DNA from: Hydrolagus affinis | Lineage: Eukaryota | DNA: 64,000 nucleotides | Direction: 5' to 3' | NCBI GenBank assembly: GCA_012026655.1 | Contig: JAAILG010000131.1 | Location: 1 to 64,000 of the forward strand | Shown here: in pieces, positions 1-13,122 of the stretch | How the letters are laid out: each line of letters begins with the position of its first letter | Numbering within the stretch: the first letter of the stretch is position 1 | Program-made: the position numbers and the translations under genes | The notes under the pieces: model-generated | The model's input: the letters and a program-made list of their open reading frames with translations, nothing else | Database searches by the model: none | Told to the model about the DNA's origin: nothing

Positions 1-786
1 TGAGTCATTGAATGCCAATGTAATTGAAACTATAGCCCGTGAAGTGGAGGTCAAAGGCCAACTTTGGGGTCAGGAACAAAACTTTGAAGCTGAGATGGCA
101 GTGCAAAAATGTCCATTGAGAGTGATGAGCAATCTTTGTATTGTATAATGTTTGCAAGTCTTTAAATTTCATTCGGACCAAGTACCCTGTGGGTCAAACA
201 AGTCCACTGCTCCATGTTGTCCTGACAACATTATGTCTAATAACAATTCCCATATAATTTTCCTACCTATTGTCCAAACTGAAATTTCTCAATGAGTTTA
301 GTATTCTGTGAATTGTAAGCGATGCAATGCCAACTGTGATTCATTCATTATGATTGAATTGGACTATAATATTTCATGTAAACCAACGTAATCACTATCA
401 GATTTAGACATTGATTCTCTCTGTTTGGATTACATTTGCAACTCAGGATCCTTAGCTGAAAGGTGAGTGTTCTACCTCCCAACACGTACCCCTCCTATGG
501 TGGCCAAGTAAATGTATCTCCCTCATAATAGTGCCTTTGTCCACCACAGAAATGGACCCAGAGAGAGCAATGCTCAGGTGCCCAAGTGCAATGCTTCCTG
601 CCAGAATGTTACTCATTGGTTATATTAAGTGAGTAAAGTCAAGCTTGTCTTTTCCAACTATCCCCTAAATCTGGGAACTCTTCCCGCCACAAGAGGTTCT
701 GCCTAAGATAACTGATGAAATGCACAGTAGTTCCATCTGTGGGATTGGGTTTTCAGGAAACTCTGACATTTTAGCCAGCAACTAAA

Positions 787-1353
787 ATAATAATAATAAT
801 CCTTGCATTTGATCCTTGCATCAGTGGCTCAGTCTCCAGTTGTTGGAGACTCCAACTCCCTCTCTTCCTGTGCCTTGGGATGTCCTCCTGGCATGAAAGG
901 AGAATAATATAAATGTCATTTTGTTGTTGTTGATTTAGCACCTCATCCTGTTGCCGGGATTTCTCAAAGTGCTTCACAGGATATACTGTAAAGTAGATTG
1001 ATTACGTATTTGTGAGAGAAATGTGGCACTCAGTTTACACACAGCAATGTCCCACCAGCAGCCATCGAGTGAGTGACCAATATTATCTGGGCATTTGTTG
1101 GCCAGGACACAGGAAGAAACTGCTTTCTATTTGCGAATAGTGCTATGGGATCTTTAACATCTACTTGAACAGGCAGGCAGGCCCTTCGGTTTAATATCTC
1201 ATCAGAGGAATGGCACATCTTTCAATGCAACCCCCACCACCCTCCCAGCACTACGTTGGAGTATTAACTTAGACTATGTGATTTCAAGTCCCGATGTGGG
1301 GCTTGAACCCACAACTTCCTAACTCAGAGGCAAGAGTGCGCCAGGTTGACACC
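787..1353 (-). mobile_element. Deu-domain tRNA-derived SINE (SacSINE1/AmnSINE-like), interrupted by a + strand L2 3' tail at ~815-932
   Basis: The minus strand reads GCACTCTTGCCTCTGAGTTAGGAAGTTGTGGGTTCAAGCCCC (B-box-like head), then GATGAGATATTAAACCGAAGG...GTTAAAGATCCCATAGCAC (Deu-domain-like), then the tail ATCAAATGCAAGG(ATT)n. Family name is from recalled consensus. Confidence 0.8.
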
Positions 1354-2571
1354 TAGGAACGGTGAAATGTAGATATTTAACCATTGCATTACCCAATCAG
1401 GTTTCTAATGTGAGAATCAATTACAGATCAATTTGGGTGCCTGCGTGATAAAGATTTGGATTTGCTTCAATAGCGTTCGATTATATTTGGGAAAATAGCT
1501 CAATGGATAAAGTTTCATTGTGTATAGGAATCATATTAAGGAACCTTTTCGGTAACATTTGGACAATGCAGGCATCAGTGTTGTTAAAGATTACGTGGTT
1601 GAATGGGAGTGCGAATAGGAGAGGAAAGGAATCTTATTTCTGTAACAAATATTTGCGTTTGCGGTATGTATCTCAATCGTTCAATCACTAACCACAGAAC
1701 ATCTTGCAGTCACATCATGGTGGCTATCTTGATTCTCTATGCAAGATCTAAAGCCTATTGATGGAAGGCATGTGAGTAAAGTAGATATGGGCCAATGTAT
1801 GTCACCAACAGTGAATGATAATTATCTGCCAGGCTTCATCCTGTGACTGGTTAAGTAATCCCTCATTAAAGTGCTCTTTGTGCCTATTTAAAGTCTAACA
1901 GTTGCTAGAAAATACGATAAAATGTGCTGTTGGACAAAATGCCTGCAAGCAAACACCAAAGCTGGTGAATTTGCAGGGAGAAGCTTCATTTTGTAATACA
2001 TAAAAGTTCAAAAGGTCTGTCAAAGTTGTGAAATATCCTTTCTATTACAATCTCGTGATAGTCATCAGTGTTACATCAATTTGTTTTTAACGCAAGAACT
2101 GGCTCGCTTAGTCACAACTCACAGCTTAAAGATTTTAAATATGTTTACTTTTCAATAAATCTGCGTGTTTAATTGGGGGAACTACCAAACATCATTTAAC
2201 TGGGACTATTAGAGATCACAATCGCACAATTTTCATCTTACTTGCAGTCAGCGGTTACAATGGGTGGAAAAAATGTGGAATGTGTTGTGCTAATTATCGC
2301 TGAATGATAATCACAGAAAATGTGGTAAAGTGTGTCCCTTAAACCCTTTCCTCAAGTCCTTAATGACATATTTGAGACCGCTTGCATTTGGCAGAATGGT
2401 TTCTCCCAGTCTCACTGAAGACACAATCTTGGCACAAGCCCTGCATACAATAAGAAGAAGAATCCTTACATTTCATATAGTGCTTTTCACCTCTTTTGTA
2501 GACGTCTCAAAGCGCTTCACAGAATTACAGAATGTATAAGGTGAATTGACTGTATATATGTGGGTGAAAAA

Positions 2572-3015
2572 ACAAGAAGAAAATTACATTTGTATAGCAC
2601 TTTCATGTCAGGAGGACATCCCAGGGCGCTGGACAGAGTATTCTAGACCCGAGCTGGGGATAGGGATTGGGAACAGTGGAAGGCAGGGGGAAAATGGTTG
2701 ACTGAAAGCAAGAACATAGAGATGGGCCTTGTGGTGGCTCTTGAAGCAGACAGGGGATGGGGTGAGGCGGAGGGACTGCAGGATGGAGTTCCAGAGGGTG
2801 AAGGCCCACCCACCAATAGTGGGGCCAGCGAGGTGGGGATGTGAAGCAGGCCAAAGCCTGCCAAGTGGAAGGAGCGGACAGGTTGGTATGGAGTTAGGAG
2901 GTCGCAGAGATAGGGGGGAGCAAGGCAATGAAGGTCTTTGAAGGTGAGGAATAGGATCTTGAACTGTATCCTCTGTGTGATGGGAAACCAGTGGAGTCAG
3001 GCAAGGGTGGGAGTG
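2572..3015 (-). mobile_element. 5'-truncated L2 LINE 3' fragment, abutting a SINE tail at ~2455-2570
   Basis: The tail CAGCGCCCTGGGATGTCCTCCTGACATGAAAGTGCTATACAAATGTAATTTT and the decayed ORF2 C-terminal motif PTIGGWAF...LWNSI...FKS..K (ORF 2608-3111) recur in many copies in the window. Confidence 0.85.
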
Positions 3016-3044
3016 ATATAATCCCTCAGATGGAACACATATAT

Positions 3045-3330
3045 GTAGAATGAGAATGCTCGTAAACAGACCATTCAGACCAACTGGTATGTGACAGGCT
3101 CTATGGACCACACAAGCCCTAAAACTTCTCTTCCCCTCATCTTTGCTCCTCTATTCCCTTCAATATACCTTCCGCAGGGAGGTTGACCTTCTCACCATCC
3201 TCTATGTGAAGAAGATCCTCTTCAATTCCCTTTTAGATCTATCGTTATCTTATATTTACATCCTCTAGTCAGGGACTCAACAAAACATGAAAAAAACCAA
3301 TCAGTATCTATCTGATCAAATTCTTTCATT
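3045..3330 (-). mobile_element. CR1-type LINE 3' remnant
   Basis: ACCATTCAGACC...ACCATCCTCTATGTGAAGAAG resembles the other CR1 3' ends in the window; highly diverged. Confidence 0.5.
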
Positions 3331-3711
3331 GGAAATTAGGAAATGACCTTGGGGTATTTTATCCATCTGTTTGTTGTGAGGGATATTGGGGGATGTACCT
3401 TCTCACAGCTAAAAAGGAGAATTGGGCCAATCTGTTCTTTTTTTCTCCCAGCTTCTCAGGTAACTATCATGAATGAGCTATTTTTTATTCATGATCAGGG
3501 CTGATAGAAATATGCGGGCACAATTTTTCAGTGGAATCCACTACAAACAGCGCCCTCCGCTATAAACCCAGTAAAAAATATAGCTTCTGGCCCCAGGCCT
3601 CTCACTGTTTATCCAACACAAGTGTGGATGGAGCGTCAATGAACACACAGGCACGGAGTGGCACAAATGGGCTCCACTCCTCTTGGAGGCCCTGCTGATT
3701 TAATTGTCTAT

Positions 3712-3915
3712 GAATGTTTCTATGTGAGTGTGTCTGTCTCCTCTGTATGTGTTGTGAGTGTCTGTGTGTGAGTGTGTCTGTGTCTACCTTTCCTCTGTAT
3801 GAATCTGTTTGCGATTGTGTCTGTGTGTCGCTTCTAAAGTTTGTGCTTATGAGTCTCTGCGTGAATGTGTGTGTATGTCTCTCTCCTCTGTGTGTGTAAG
3901 TCTCTATGTGTAGCA
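3712..3915. repeat. Degenerate (TG)/(TC) low-complexity microsatellite
   Basis: Directly visible; it explains ORFs 3602-3919 and 3714-3899. Confidence 0.9.
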
Positions 3916-3932
3916 CCAATTACCTCCCCACA

Positions 3933-4170
3933 ATAAGAACATAAGAGCGTTAGGAAATGTTGACAAGAATTTGCCGGGAGAAAGAAGACCAAGGTTCATC
4001 TGGTTTGCCTTCCACCATCCTGGCAGTTACTTGATATGTTGTGCCCCAAACTATATACTGTATCCTGAGATATTATTTTCTAGCAGAAATCTATCTAATT
4101 TATTCTTGAAGCAAATTAGATTTTCTGCTTCCACTGTCTCTCTAGCTTAGTGAAGTAGAACCTCTACAGA
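3933..4170 (-). mobile_element. CR1-type LINE 3' remnant
   Basis: Starts with the ATAAGAACATAAGA octamer-type tail typical of CR1 3' ends, followed by CTATCTAATTTATTCTTGAA...CTGCTTCCAC. Confidence 0.6.
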
Positions 4171-4759
4171 TTTTTGGCATATTCCCCCAAATTCCGCCTC
4201 CTGCAATTTTTGGCAAATATTTCTGTACTTTTCTATTGGCCCATGGAACAGAAAGAGAGAGAGTGAGAAAGTGAGAGAGACGACTATAGTTTTGTGAAGC
4301 TTTGCTGAAAATCTGACAAAGAGAGAATGACTGATATTCGATCCAGTTTTATAATTATTATTGATATTCTTTTGCAATTTGCCACTAACCAAATAACAAG
4401 CTGATTAGTCACGTAATGGCTACTTCTGGCACAGTATGAGGGACAGTTTGTGAGTATGGGAAAGATCAATAATTTATTTAAAATATTGGTGTGTCTTTAA
4501 TTTTCACTAAAGATACCTGAAGATTGCAAGGAAGGTTCAGGAATATACTGAGTTGTTTTGGGGATTTGATAAAATAAAGGTTCGAATCCCCGTTTTGCCA
4601 TTAGACTTTTTTTTTACATAATATATATTTATTTGCAAAACCTTGGGCAATATAAAAGAATAAGACCAGGACTCAAATCCTTTAGACTTTTTTCAAAGCC
4701 TTATTTAAGGTCAACATCCTATTGGGGTTCAAATTCCCTCTCTGCCCTTGAAAGACTTT

Positions 4760-5070
4760 TAAGCAGAATTATCATAAATAACCAGGGAACACTAGTATAA
4801 CGAGATCTAAAAGAGAATTTAAGAGGAACTATAGAACACAGAGCATATGCGAATGTAAAATTCATTGCTTGAAGCACTGACTGAATCAGACAGCATGGAT
4901 AATTAAAGAGGAAGCCAGATATACACATGAGAAAGAAGGGAATGGAATAGGATTAGAGGGAGTAAGGACTGAGTGGAGATGAATATGAAGTAATTAACAC
5001 TGGTGCAGACTGGTTAGGCCGAATGACCAGTTTCCGTGGTTTACAGTCTATGTAAATCTATTGTAAATTA
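4760..5070 (+). mobile_element. CR1-type LINE 3' remnant
   Basis: GGAAGCCAGATATACACATGAG...GGCCGAATGACC...CTATGTAAATCTATTGTAAA terminal pattern. Confidence 0.6.
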
Positions 5071-7162
5071 AATATGTAAATAATGCTGTCTGTAAGTAAT
5101 CTGGGAGACTATTACACAAAACAGAGTGGCATTTACTATCTCGGCATTTACTATCTTTAACCTAAATGTCCGTGTTTTTCTAATCCTCCCTCATGATACT
5201 TTACAGTCCTGGGTTTGGCACCACTGTGTAGAGGAACAAGTGAATAGAGGAGTTCAAAAAACCTCCGGCGATTAACTGAATAGACTAAAGCACTCTCAGA
5301 AAAAGTGCTTCACTTACACCAGCTTGCATTACTAATTACCAGGGGATGAAGCAGGATGTCTGCTCGACTGGGCACTTAAGACAACAGCAAAATCGAGCAC
5401 CATCCCCAAGGTTGGGGAAAAACAATCAAGGTATGAACGCAGACAAAATAAAATATTATTGGATGTTTCCGGGCATATTATCAACATCCCTACTGTTTAG
5501 TTTCCCAAGCCACTCAGGTGCAGATCATATCAATTTCTGAATGGAGCAAGCTTCCTCAGTTCTTGGAATTGGACCAAGAAGGAATAAGAGTAAACCTCTC
5601 AGAGGAGGAGACAGTGTACACTGTCAAAGATGCACAGTGCAGCCAGCAGCTGACAGTTTCCTGGCTTGATTTTATTCTAATAGACATTTGCATCAGAGCC
5701 TATTCCCTCAATTATCCACGTAGCTTAATACACATATAACTCAGGAACTCTTCTGAATACTTGTTAACAAGTGACAATCTCTGCATTTTTATAGACTTTA
5801 ATGGCCGGGTCTCTCAGCTAAGGATCACCTTGTCAAAACTGTGCATAAAGACCATGCAGTCTTTACTAAGGGCCTAAAGATAGCTGTCACCAACTCAACA
5901 TAATGCATTTTGCCTCTGGATATCATAGCCATCGCCTTGGTACTTCTCCCTAAATAACAAGAAAGCTTGTGAAAGAAAGCATAGAAGGCTACTTGAAGAA
6001 AAAATTGTTCTGAAGAAGTTATATAAATGAACCAACAACAAACACAGCAACAAAATTACACTTGTGTAATGCCTTTCAAGTCAGGAGGACATCCTAGGGC
6101 ACTGGACAGTCATTGATTCAGACCACATGATAAATCTAGAGCTGCAATCTGTTTCGCTAAAGCAAACTCTAGTTCCTTTTGTCCTGCAGCAAAGATCACA
6201 CCAGTGATGCTCCATGTACCTTTGCATTCATTTTAAACTTTATTCAAAAAAAGTTCTTTCATCTTTCTAGAGACTTATATTAAAAATTCTCAAAGCTGTG
6301 CATATTAATTACCTTAAGGTGTAATGACTGTTTTTTGTAGCAAACCTGGTAACTTTTGTCCTAATTTAGATGGGCAATGATGAGAGGCAATAAGAACAGG
6401 CATTTATTTGTAGGTGGTCTGTCCTAGTTTACATATCGAATTGAACACTCTTTAAAGATCTCGAGTCAATTTCAATCTTGGTCGAGTCCTCCTGACTTGA
6501 AAGGCACTCTACAAGTGTAATTTTGTTGTTGTTGTATTATCTGCACACTCACCAAATTCATCCTCTCTGACCTTGCCTATTCACCTCTATTCACATTTCT
6601 CCCCAGCTATGCCATTGATAAGTGCCGTTGATAAGCGCTCTGAGGCATTGCCCCATATGAAGGGAACTATAGCAACAACAAAACTATATTTGTAGAGCGC
6701 CTTTCACTTTGTGAGGACATCTCAAGGAGGCAATGAAGGCGCTACAGTGGGTTCCATTTGTACAAAGGAGGAAAATTGGTCAGGGTTCTTGCTACTCATC
6801 CCTGTCCAGCAACCCTTGTTGATTCCTCATATGTGTGAATGTTCGACCTGGATAAATTTGGGCTGATAATTTTTTTTTACAAAATTACATTTGTAAAGTG
6901 CCCTTGCGAGAACATCTCACTCTGATGCTCCTCCATCCACTCCGTTGACAGCTCACTGGCAGTCAGTAACCAGGCTCACATATCAAGAACAGCGGGTTCC
7001 TGGTGCTTGTTGAACCATTAGTCACTGTTGTTTTAAAAAATTATAATCTGAGACTATAATCAGATTTCAAAGAATATAATTGTTTTAAAGCCTTCAATGA
7101 TCTTCTGGTACAATCTCCCACAGCACTTACATTTAAATGAAGAAGTTTTGCATTGAGCATAT

Positions 7163-7472
7163 TAATAATAATAATAATCCTTGCATTTGATATAGCGCCT
7201 TATCACATCTTCTAGACGTCTCAAAGTGCTTCACAGAATATACTGTAAAGCAAATTGACTGTATATTTGTGGGCGAAATGCAGCAGTCAATTGTGCACCA
7301 CAGTGTCCTACACACAGTCATGGATTGAAATGACCAATTTTATTATTGTTTCTTTTGAGGGGTTACTATTAGGTGTGTGGAGAAGGAAACTTGCTCAAGG
7401 TTTCGCCCTGACCTGCCTGGAATTGAACCCAGGTCTCTTGCTCATAATGTGAGTGCTCTAACCACTGAGCTA
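7163..7472 (-). mobile_element. CORE-like tRNA-derived SINE, short variant
   Basis: TAGCTCAGTGGTTAGAGCACTC (A box)...GGGTTCAATTCC (B box)...GCAAGTTTCCTT...GAGACGTCTAGAAGATGTGATAAGGCGCTATATCAAATGCAAGG(ATT)n; at least 14 related copies in the window. Confidence 0.9.
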
Positions 7473-7867
7473 AATGCATAATTTCTTCATAGTACAAATC
7501 CAACTCACCCTAATTATGCAACTACAGTACTGTACTATGGTAAATTTAGTCAATCTCGCAGATTTATGGGAGAAATGTTGGGAGAAGTCAGGGATATAAA
7601 AATTCAGCTATATCTTTCCATACTTCCCAACCTTTCCAATGGCTAAATTGGGATGCAATAAAAATGTTTTACCTGTGAGCACAGGAAGTGGCTGTGCTTT
7701 GTGTGGACATCCACAAGAATTTATTGCATTGAAAATCTTGCATTAACCTGGAGGTAGTCTGGCTAGTCTCTCTCAAGGTTATTTTTTGTTTTGGTCAGCC
7801 GGGAGTCTGACACATGCAGAAGTCCATCACCATGCTTAAGACTATCCAAACCAAACTGAGGGTTCAA

Positions 7868-7990
7868 TACAACAACAACAATAACGATTTATAGAGCGCC
7901 CTCCACGCCGGACGGCGTCTCAGAGCGCTTCACAATAGCGGATCCCTGGACTGAGCCAGGGGCAGGGGTAGAAAGGTGACCAAAGGTGTT
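7868..7990 (-). mobile_element. L2 3' tail, second subfamily
   Basis: GAAGCGCTCTGAGACGCCGTCCGGCGTGGAGGGCGCTCTATAAATC(GTT)n; same tail type as at 42460-42560, where it is attached to L2 ORF2-like sequence. Confidence 0.75.
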
Positions 7991-8149
7991 CAATGCATCC
8001 CACCTACACCTGGAAATTCCTGAGATATTAGTTGGATGGAATATCGAATCGTTCCCTAGAGTGACTTATACTGCCCACCTGATTCCAGAGAATATTAGGC
8101 GTAGGTTGGCAAGAAGCAAATTGTAGGGAATCCAGGGTGTACATTATGG

Positions 8150-8435
8150 TACTGCTGAAATCTGACCCCCTGCTTATCCAGGGGGTCCAGCTAGGACCAC
8201 CCTATCCATTATGGCTTTGGCTTGCGGGGTTAACGGGAGCTGGGTGGGATGCCAGTCCAAGTCTTCCTAATGAGCCAGGCTGACTGCACTGTTATCAGCA
8301 GTGCCCTAGACCTCTGCAGATAGTTGGCTCAATTCTAATATTCCGTTGCCAAACATGTCACCTTGGAGCAAGTTCAGCTTCAAACCGACCCTGCTTACCA
8401 TCCTGCTTACCTCCCCTTCCAAGGAGGATAGTCTC
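8150..8435 (+). repeat. Unclassified ~300-400 bp interspersed repeat (copy 1)
   Basis: Shares GGCTTTGGCTT.CGGGGTTAA..GGAGCTG, ATGAGCCAGGCTG, CAGTGCCCT and GTCACCTTGGAGC.AGTTCAGCT with 8705-8815(-), 15130-15530(-), 20490-20750(+) and 61410-61745(+). Confidence 0.75.
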
Positions 8436-9751
8436 TCAAAGTTCATGTGGGAAATGTACACAACACAGGGTTTTGTCATGGATAAATTGAAAAATCAGTT
8501 TCCATGACATTTTTTCAGCCTGCAACCCGCAATCTTATGAGCATCAGTGTTCTAATTTCTAGCTTTCCGATGTTGAAACAATGGACTTTGCTTTCTGTCA
8601 GTATCATTTTATGTTACTTATGTTTATAACTATCCACTGTACGGGGGTGGTGAGCGAATCTCCTTGGTATTGAACTGACACCATGTTATAGGCTTGGCAA
8701 TAGAATGTTGAATTTGAGTCAAACCTCTGTGGAGATCACGGTAGTCCAGTTCTTCAGCCAGGTGCATCTGCAGTTTTCCAGGGCACCTCTGACAACAGCA
8801 CAGTCAGGCTGTTTCAACAACAACAACAATAAAATTGCACTTATATAGCACCTTTCACATCGGGAGGACGTCCCAAAGCGCTGAGTCGTTGGGCTTGGAG
8901 GAGCAAGCCCATCACTGGGGGCATTATAGAAAATAGACCACAGCGAGAGAGGAAACAAGATACATTAGGGAGGGGATTGAGCATAAAATCCAATTATAAA
9001 ACCAATAAAATGTTTAATACCTTTCTAAAGAATGTTCATATCCTGTGGATTTAAACTGGAGTAAAAAGTACATCTAAAATAATGAATGACCTGATAAGGC
9101 ATAAGGAAATAAAATACATAAAATTATATTCAATTCTCAAACATTCAAGCTGGAGCTCAGTTGAAACATTGGCAGCAATCATCTGCAGCTGCAGCATCTT
9201 GTTTATAGCTTGTTCCATTTGTTGTGACTTTTATAGGAAGCACATCTGTTATCCCTTTCATTATGACGAGCATGAGAATTTAAATTGCAAATTAGAAATT
9301 ATATTCATATAGAAATAAGTAAAATCAAGTTTGTAAAAACTGCCGTGCCTATGATATTGGCAACATTTGTGATTCCTTTTGTTTTGCAGAGATTTTTCTG
9401 GTTAATCTTAGTATGAAATAAACAGTATGTCCTGGGTTTACTTTGTTCCATATCCGGATCTAATTTCCGATGGTTCATAGTACAGGTTGTTAATATAAAC
9501 TCTAAGAAACAAATTAGTAACGTTGATGCCCAGAGGTTACCAGGGGTGCTGTAGACTTTTGTCTCTTTGCACGGTCTGGCCAGCTTCCTGTACATATGTA
9601 CAGTGTGCAGACAGTCTGCCTTGACCACTCTTGTAGGCAACACTCATAGGAGCAGTTAGTTAGTTTCCTGCACACCTCACACATGCACATGAATGCGGCC
9701 TATCAATGTCAGCAGCAACCCGTTTCCCTGAATAAGGCATCATTGTAGTGT

Positions 9752-10465
9752 AGGATGGAATCCTGTAGTTTAGCGATTAGGGCACTCGCCTCGCAAGTGA
9801 GAAAACCTGGGTTTTATTCCTGGGCAGGGCAAAATGTTGGGCAAGTTTCCTTACTCTACATGCCTCTGCTCCTGGTCCTTGTCCCACTTTCAAAGCCATC
9901 CATGGCTTTGCCCCTACCTACCTCTCCGATCTGCTGACTCCCTACCAACCTGCCCGGGGCGGTTAAGCGGGCTCTGGTCTGCTCCCGCCCGACCTACCAT
10001 ACCATCGGCAGCCGGGCTTCTCTGTCTCCATACTCTGGAACTCCATCCCACAGTGCTTCGCTTCCTCCCTTGCCTCTATGTGGTCTATTTTTCTATAATG
10101 CCCCCGGTCTCAAAACCCTCCTTTTCGATCGTCCCATCGGCCGCCCTCTCATCTCTTTCCCTCCATTGCCCCTACCACTACCCTGCTCCTCCCCACTAGC
10201 CTGCACCTCCACCATGCTCGGGTCCCGATCCCTGACGGTTCAGTGCCTTGGGACATCTTCCCAACGTGAAGGGTGCTCTATGAATGTAATTCTGTTTTTG
10301 AACCTCTGTCTCTTTACCTAGCAGTAAGTAAGAAAATGGTTGTTAAGTCGATTGCCAGATCACATCCCGGGGTAATAATCCTTTCAAAATATTTTTTTTT
10401 AATTTAAAAGATATAATTTGGTCACTTAATGCACGATTGTTTGTGGCACACTGCTGCGCACTCTT
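9752..10465 (+). mobile_element. CORE-like SINE (long variant) split by an L2 insertion
   Basis: The head runs 9752-9868 and resumes at 10303 with TTTACCTAGCAGTAA...CCGGGGTAATAATCC. CCTCTG is duplicated at 9863-9868 and 10303-10308. Confidence 0.85.
9869..10300 (+). mobile_element. L2 LINE 3' fragment nested in a SINE
   Basis: HGFAPTYLSDLL-like motif, CTCTGGAACTCCATCCCACAG, and tail GGGACATCTTCCCAACGTGAAGGGTGCTCTATGAATGTAATT. Confidence 0.85.
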
Positions 10466-10548
10466 AATTTCTCATAGAATTCTCAATTTGGGAATTTAGA
10501 ATCTTTACGAATTATTCCTATGAGAGATTTGGGTGAAAAAGTACCAAC

Positions 10549-10684
10549 CTTAGTGCCTTCAATTACAGTATCAAACCATTTCAAACTTGAGTCCAGTGTC
10601 TTGAAGACTGATCACAAGTCTTCCTCGTGATCAGATGTAACAGCTAATTATCCTGTATTTAAAGGAACACTTCCTGGCGTCGGT
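10549..10684 (-). other. Candidate exon D (136 nt; stops in all three frames)
   Basis: Acceptor GTTTATCTTTTCAG|ACC and donor AAG|GTTGGT in apparently unique sequence. Splice signals only. Confidence 0.25.
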
Positions 10685-12139
10685 CTGAAAAGATAAACTT
10701 AACAAAATCAATTTGCTTTCTCTTATCCTAAGACTTGTATCTGAAGGTTCTGTTTTTCTTTCTCTGATCCATAACACATCTTATATAACCTCTAGAATGT
10801 CTAGCATTTGAGACATTTATTTTTGAGGTGGGAGAACCCAAGCTTATCTAATCGTTCAAAAATAAATTGTGATACTGCATAGTGAATAGATGGGAATGGA
10901 TCCTGACATATTGCTTAATGGCAGTAGCAGTGTGCTTAGTGTTGTTATGCGAGAGCGAGCCCTCATTATATTTCACACAAAATGACCTCATATTCTGGGT
11001 TGCCAATTTCACATCTCATACTTGCCGTTTCTGATCTGATTTTTCAGTTTCCTTCCCAGCACATTTGCATTGGGAATACATTACAAAGTAATAATGTGTT
11101 GATACAATATCAGATTGTAATATCATTGAAGAACACACTGACAGTTGTTAATATTTATTATCAGGGGAAACGTGAACATTTTTATATCATTAGCACAGCT
11201 CAGTACTGAGAAAAACATCTGTACCCAGAGACGAAATATGAGCTAAATCATCACCACAGAATTATCTCAATGAAACATTGGCTGCAAGCACATCACAATG
11301 GGAAAATGTGCAGGTCTTAGTTACTTAGAAGTAGAAATTCTGGTAGGAAACATTGAAAGAGTTAATGCCAGGTATCATTTCTTTTCTAAATGTAATAGTA
11401 GTGTTCTGATATTCCGGGAGAAACATCCATCTGCCCTTATGGGAAGCGACACAGACTATCATAGACCTCCACGTAAGGGACCACTTGACAGCTTACTTAA
11501 GGATTGTTGCAAGGTTGCTTCACCTAATAACTATGTTTGGGAGAGGAGTACCCATGTCTGGAGCACATAGTCATTCACCCCACCCTGTAACTAGCATAGC
11601 TATGAATCTGGGCATGCTCTGTTATTTTCAGAGACCAAGTTAACAGGCGTGCGCGATGAGAATCAACCCGGCTAATCTCCGGTACAGTAGTTCTGAACAA
11701 TAATGATTTTTACATCTTTGCATTTGAGACACAGTAAACTGGTAACTGGACCCTATCTTAACTTGTCACTTCCACTTAAGTCATCATGTTGTCAATATTC
11801 CAGCTGCATTTATTTATGTGTTTATAAATATACCAAAACTCGCCACTTCGAATAACTCACTAGTGAACCCTTTCTCTTTGGATTGACGAATCATCAGGAA
11901 TTTACTGCAGTGTCTTATCACAACATCAAGGCATATCAATGTAGCTTCAAAAGATTTATTTTACTGTGAAGTGTACTGACTGTGTACTTGTATGCCAAAA
12001 CAGCAGCCAATTTGTGCACAGCATAGTTTGAAAAACATACACATAGTCAAGGAGTCAAAACTATTTCAATACACATCAGACTAAGGTACATGATGAGCTG
12101 TTAAACACACAAACCATTCCAGCAAATGTCATTCGTGAA

Positions 12140-12600
12140 AACAACAACAACAAAATTACATTTGTAATGCTCCTTTCACGCTGGGAGAACATCCCACTGG
12201 ACAGTCAGTGATTTGTACCTGAGCTGGGGTTCGTGATCAGGGAGCATGGGATACAGGGGGAAGGAGGATGACTGAAGGCACAGCCAAAGAGGAGGGTCTA
12301 GAGATGGGTCTTGAAGGATGCAAGGATGGGGATGAGATGGAGGGACTGTGGGATGTTTGAGAGGGTGGGAGCAGAGTAGCTAAAAGCCCACCCGCCAATG
12401 GGGATGTGAAGCAGGCAGGAGTCCGCTGAATGGAGTGAGCGGGCATATTGGTAAGGAGTTAGGAGTTTGCAGAGGTAGGAGGGAGCAAGGTCATGGGGAT
12501 CTTTGAAAGTGAGGACCAGGATTTTAAACTATATCCCCTGTGTAATGGGAAGATAATGAAGTCGGGCGAGAATGGGTATGATAGGGACCCGTAGCCTGGT
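12140..12600 (-). mobile_element. L2 LINE 3' fragment
   Basis: (TTG)n tail at 12140 and the ORF remnant IIPILARLHYLPITQ (the L2 ORF2 H.TP.L..LHWLP motif). Confidence 0.85.
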
Positions 12601-13122
12601 GTGGGAAAGAGTCCTTAGGAATGCCTCATGAGATGGTGCAAGGGCTAGAGGAGAAGATGTTTGTGGGGATGAAGTGGAGGCAGTGTGAGAGGTAGGATTG
12701 GAATCATTCAAGGACAATCAATGTAGTACAAAAACAAAAATATTAGCAGATACATATGTAGAAAGTGATTGCATAAGTATCATAGCCAGTATATTATCAA
12801 AGTCTCCTCCTCTTTGTCAGAAGGGCATTGAACTTGAAAGATTGGTTCGAAGACAATACATTTCTGACTAATTAAAAATAAAGAGTACATAAGTTCACTA
12901 TTGGACTCCAGATGCTTGAGGAAAGTCACTATTTACAGAATCCTCATGTAATACAATATGTAACCGATCCCATCAGTTGTCAATGTTGGTCTGTTCTGCA
13001 GTAGAATGTAACACATTTACATCAAGAAGAATTGAATAAACTAAACTTAAAACGGTTTAAAATGACAGGAATTATAAAATAAATAAGCAATGTTTTGAAA
13101 TGAAGTCGAATTAAGATGTTGA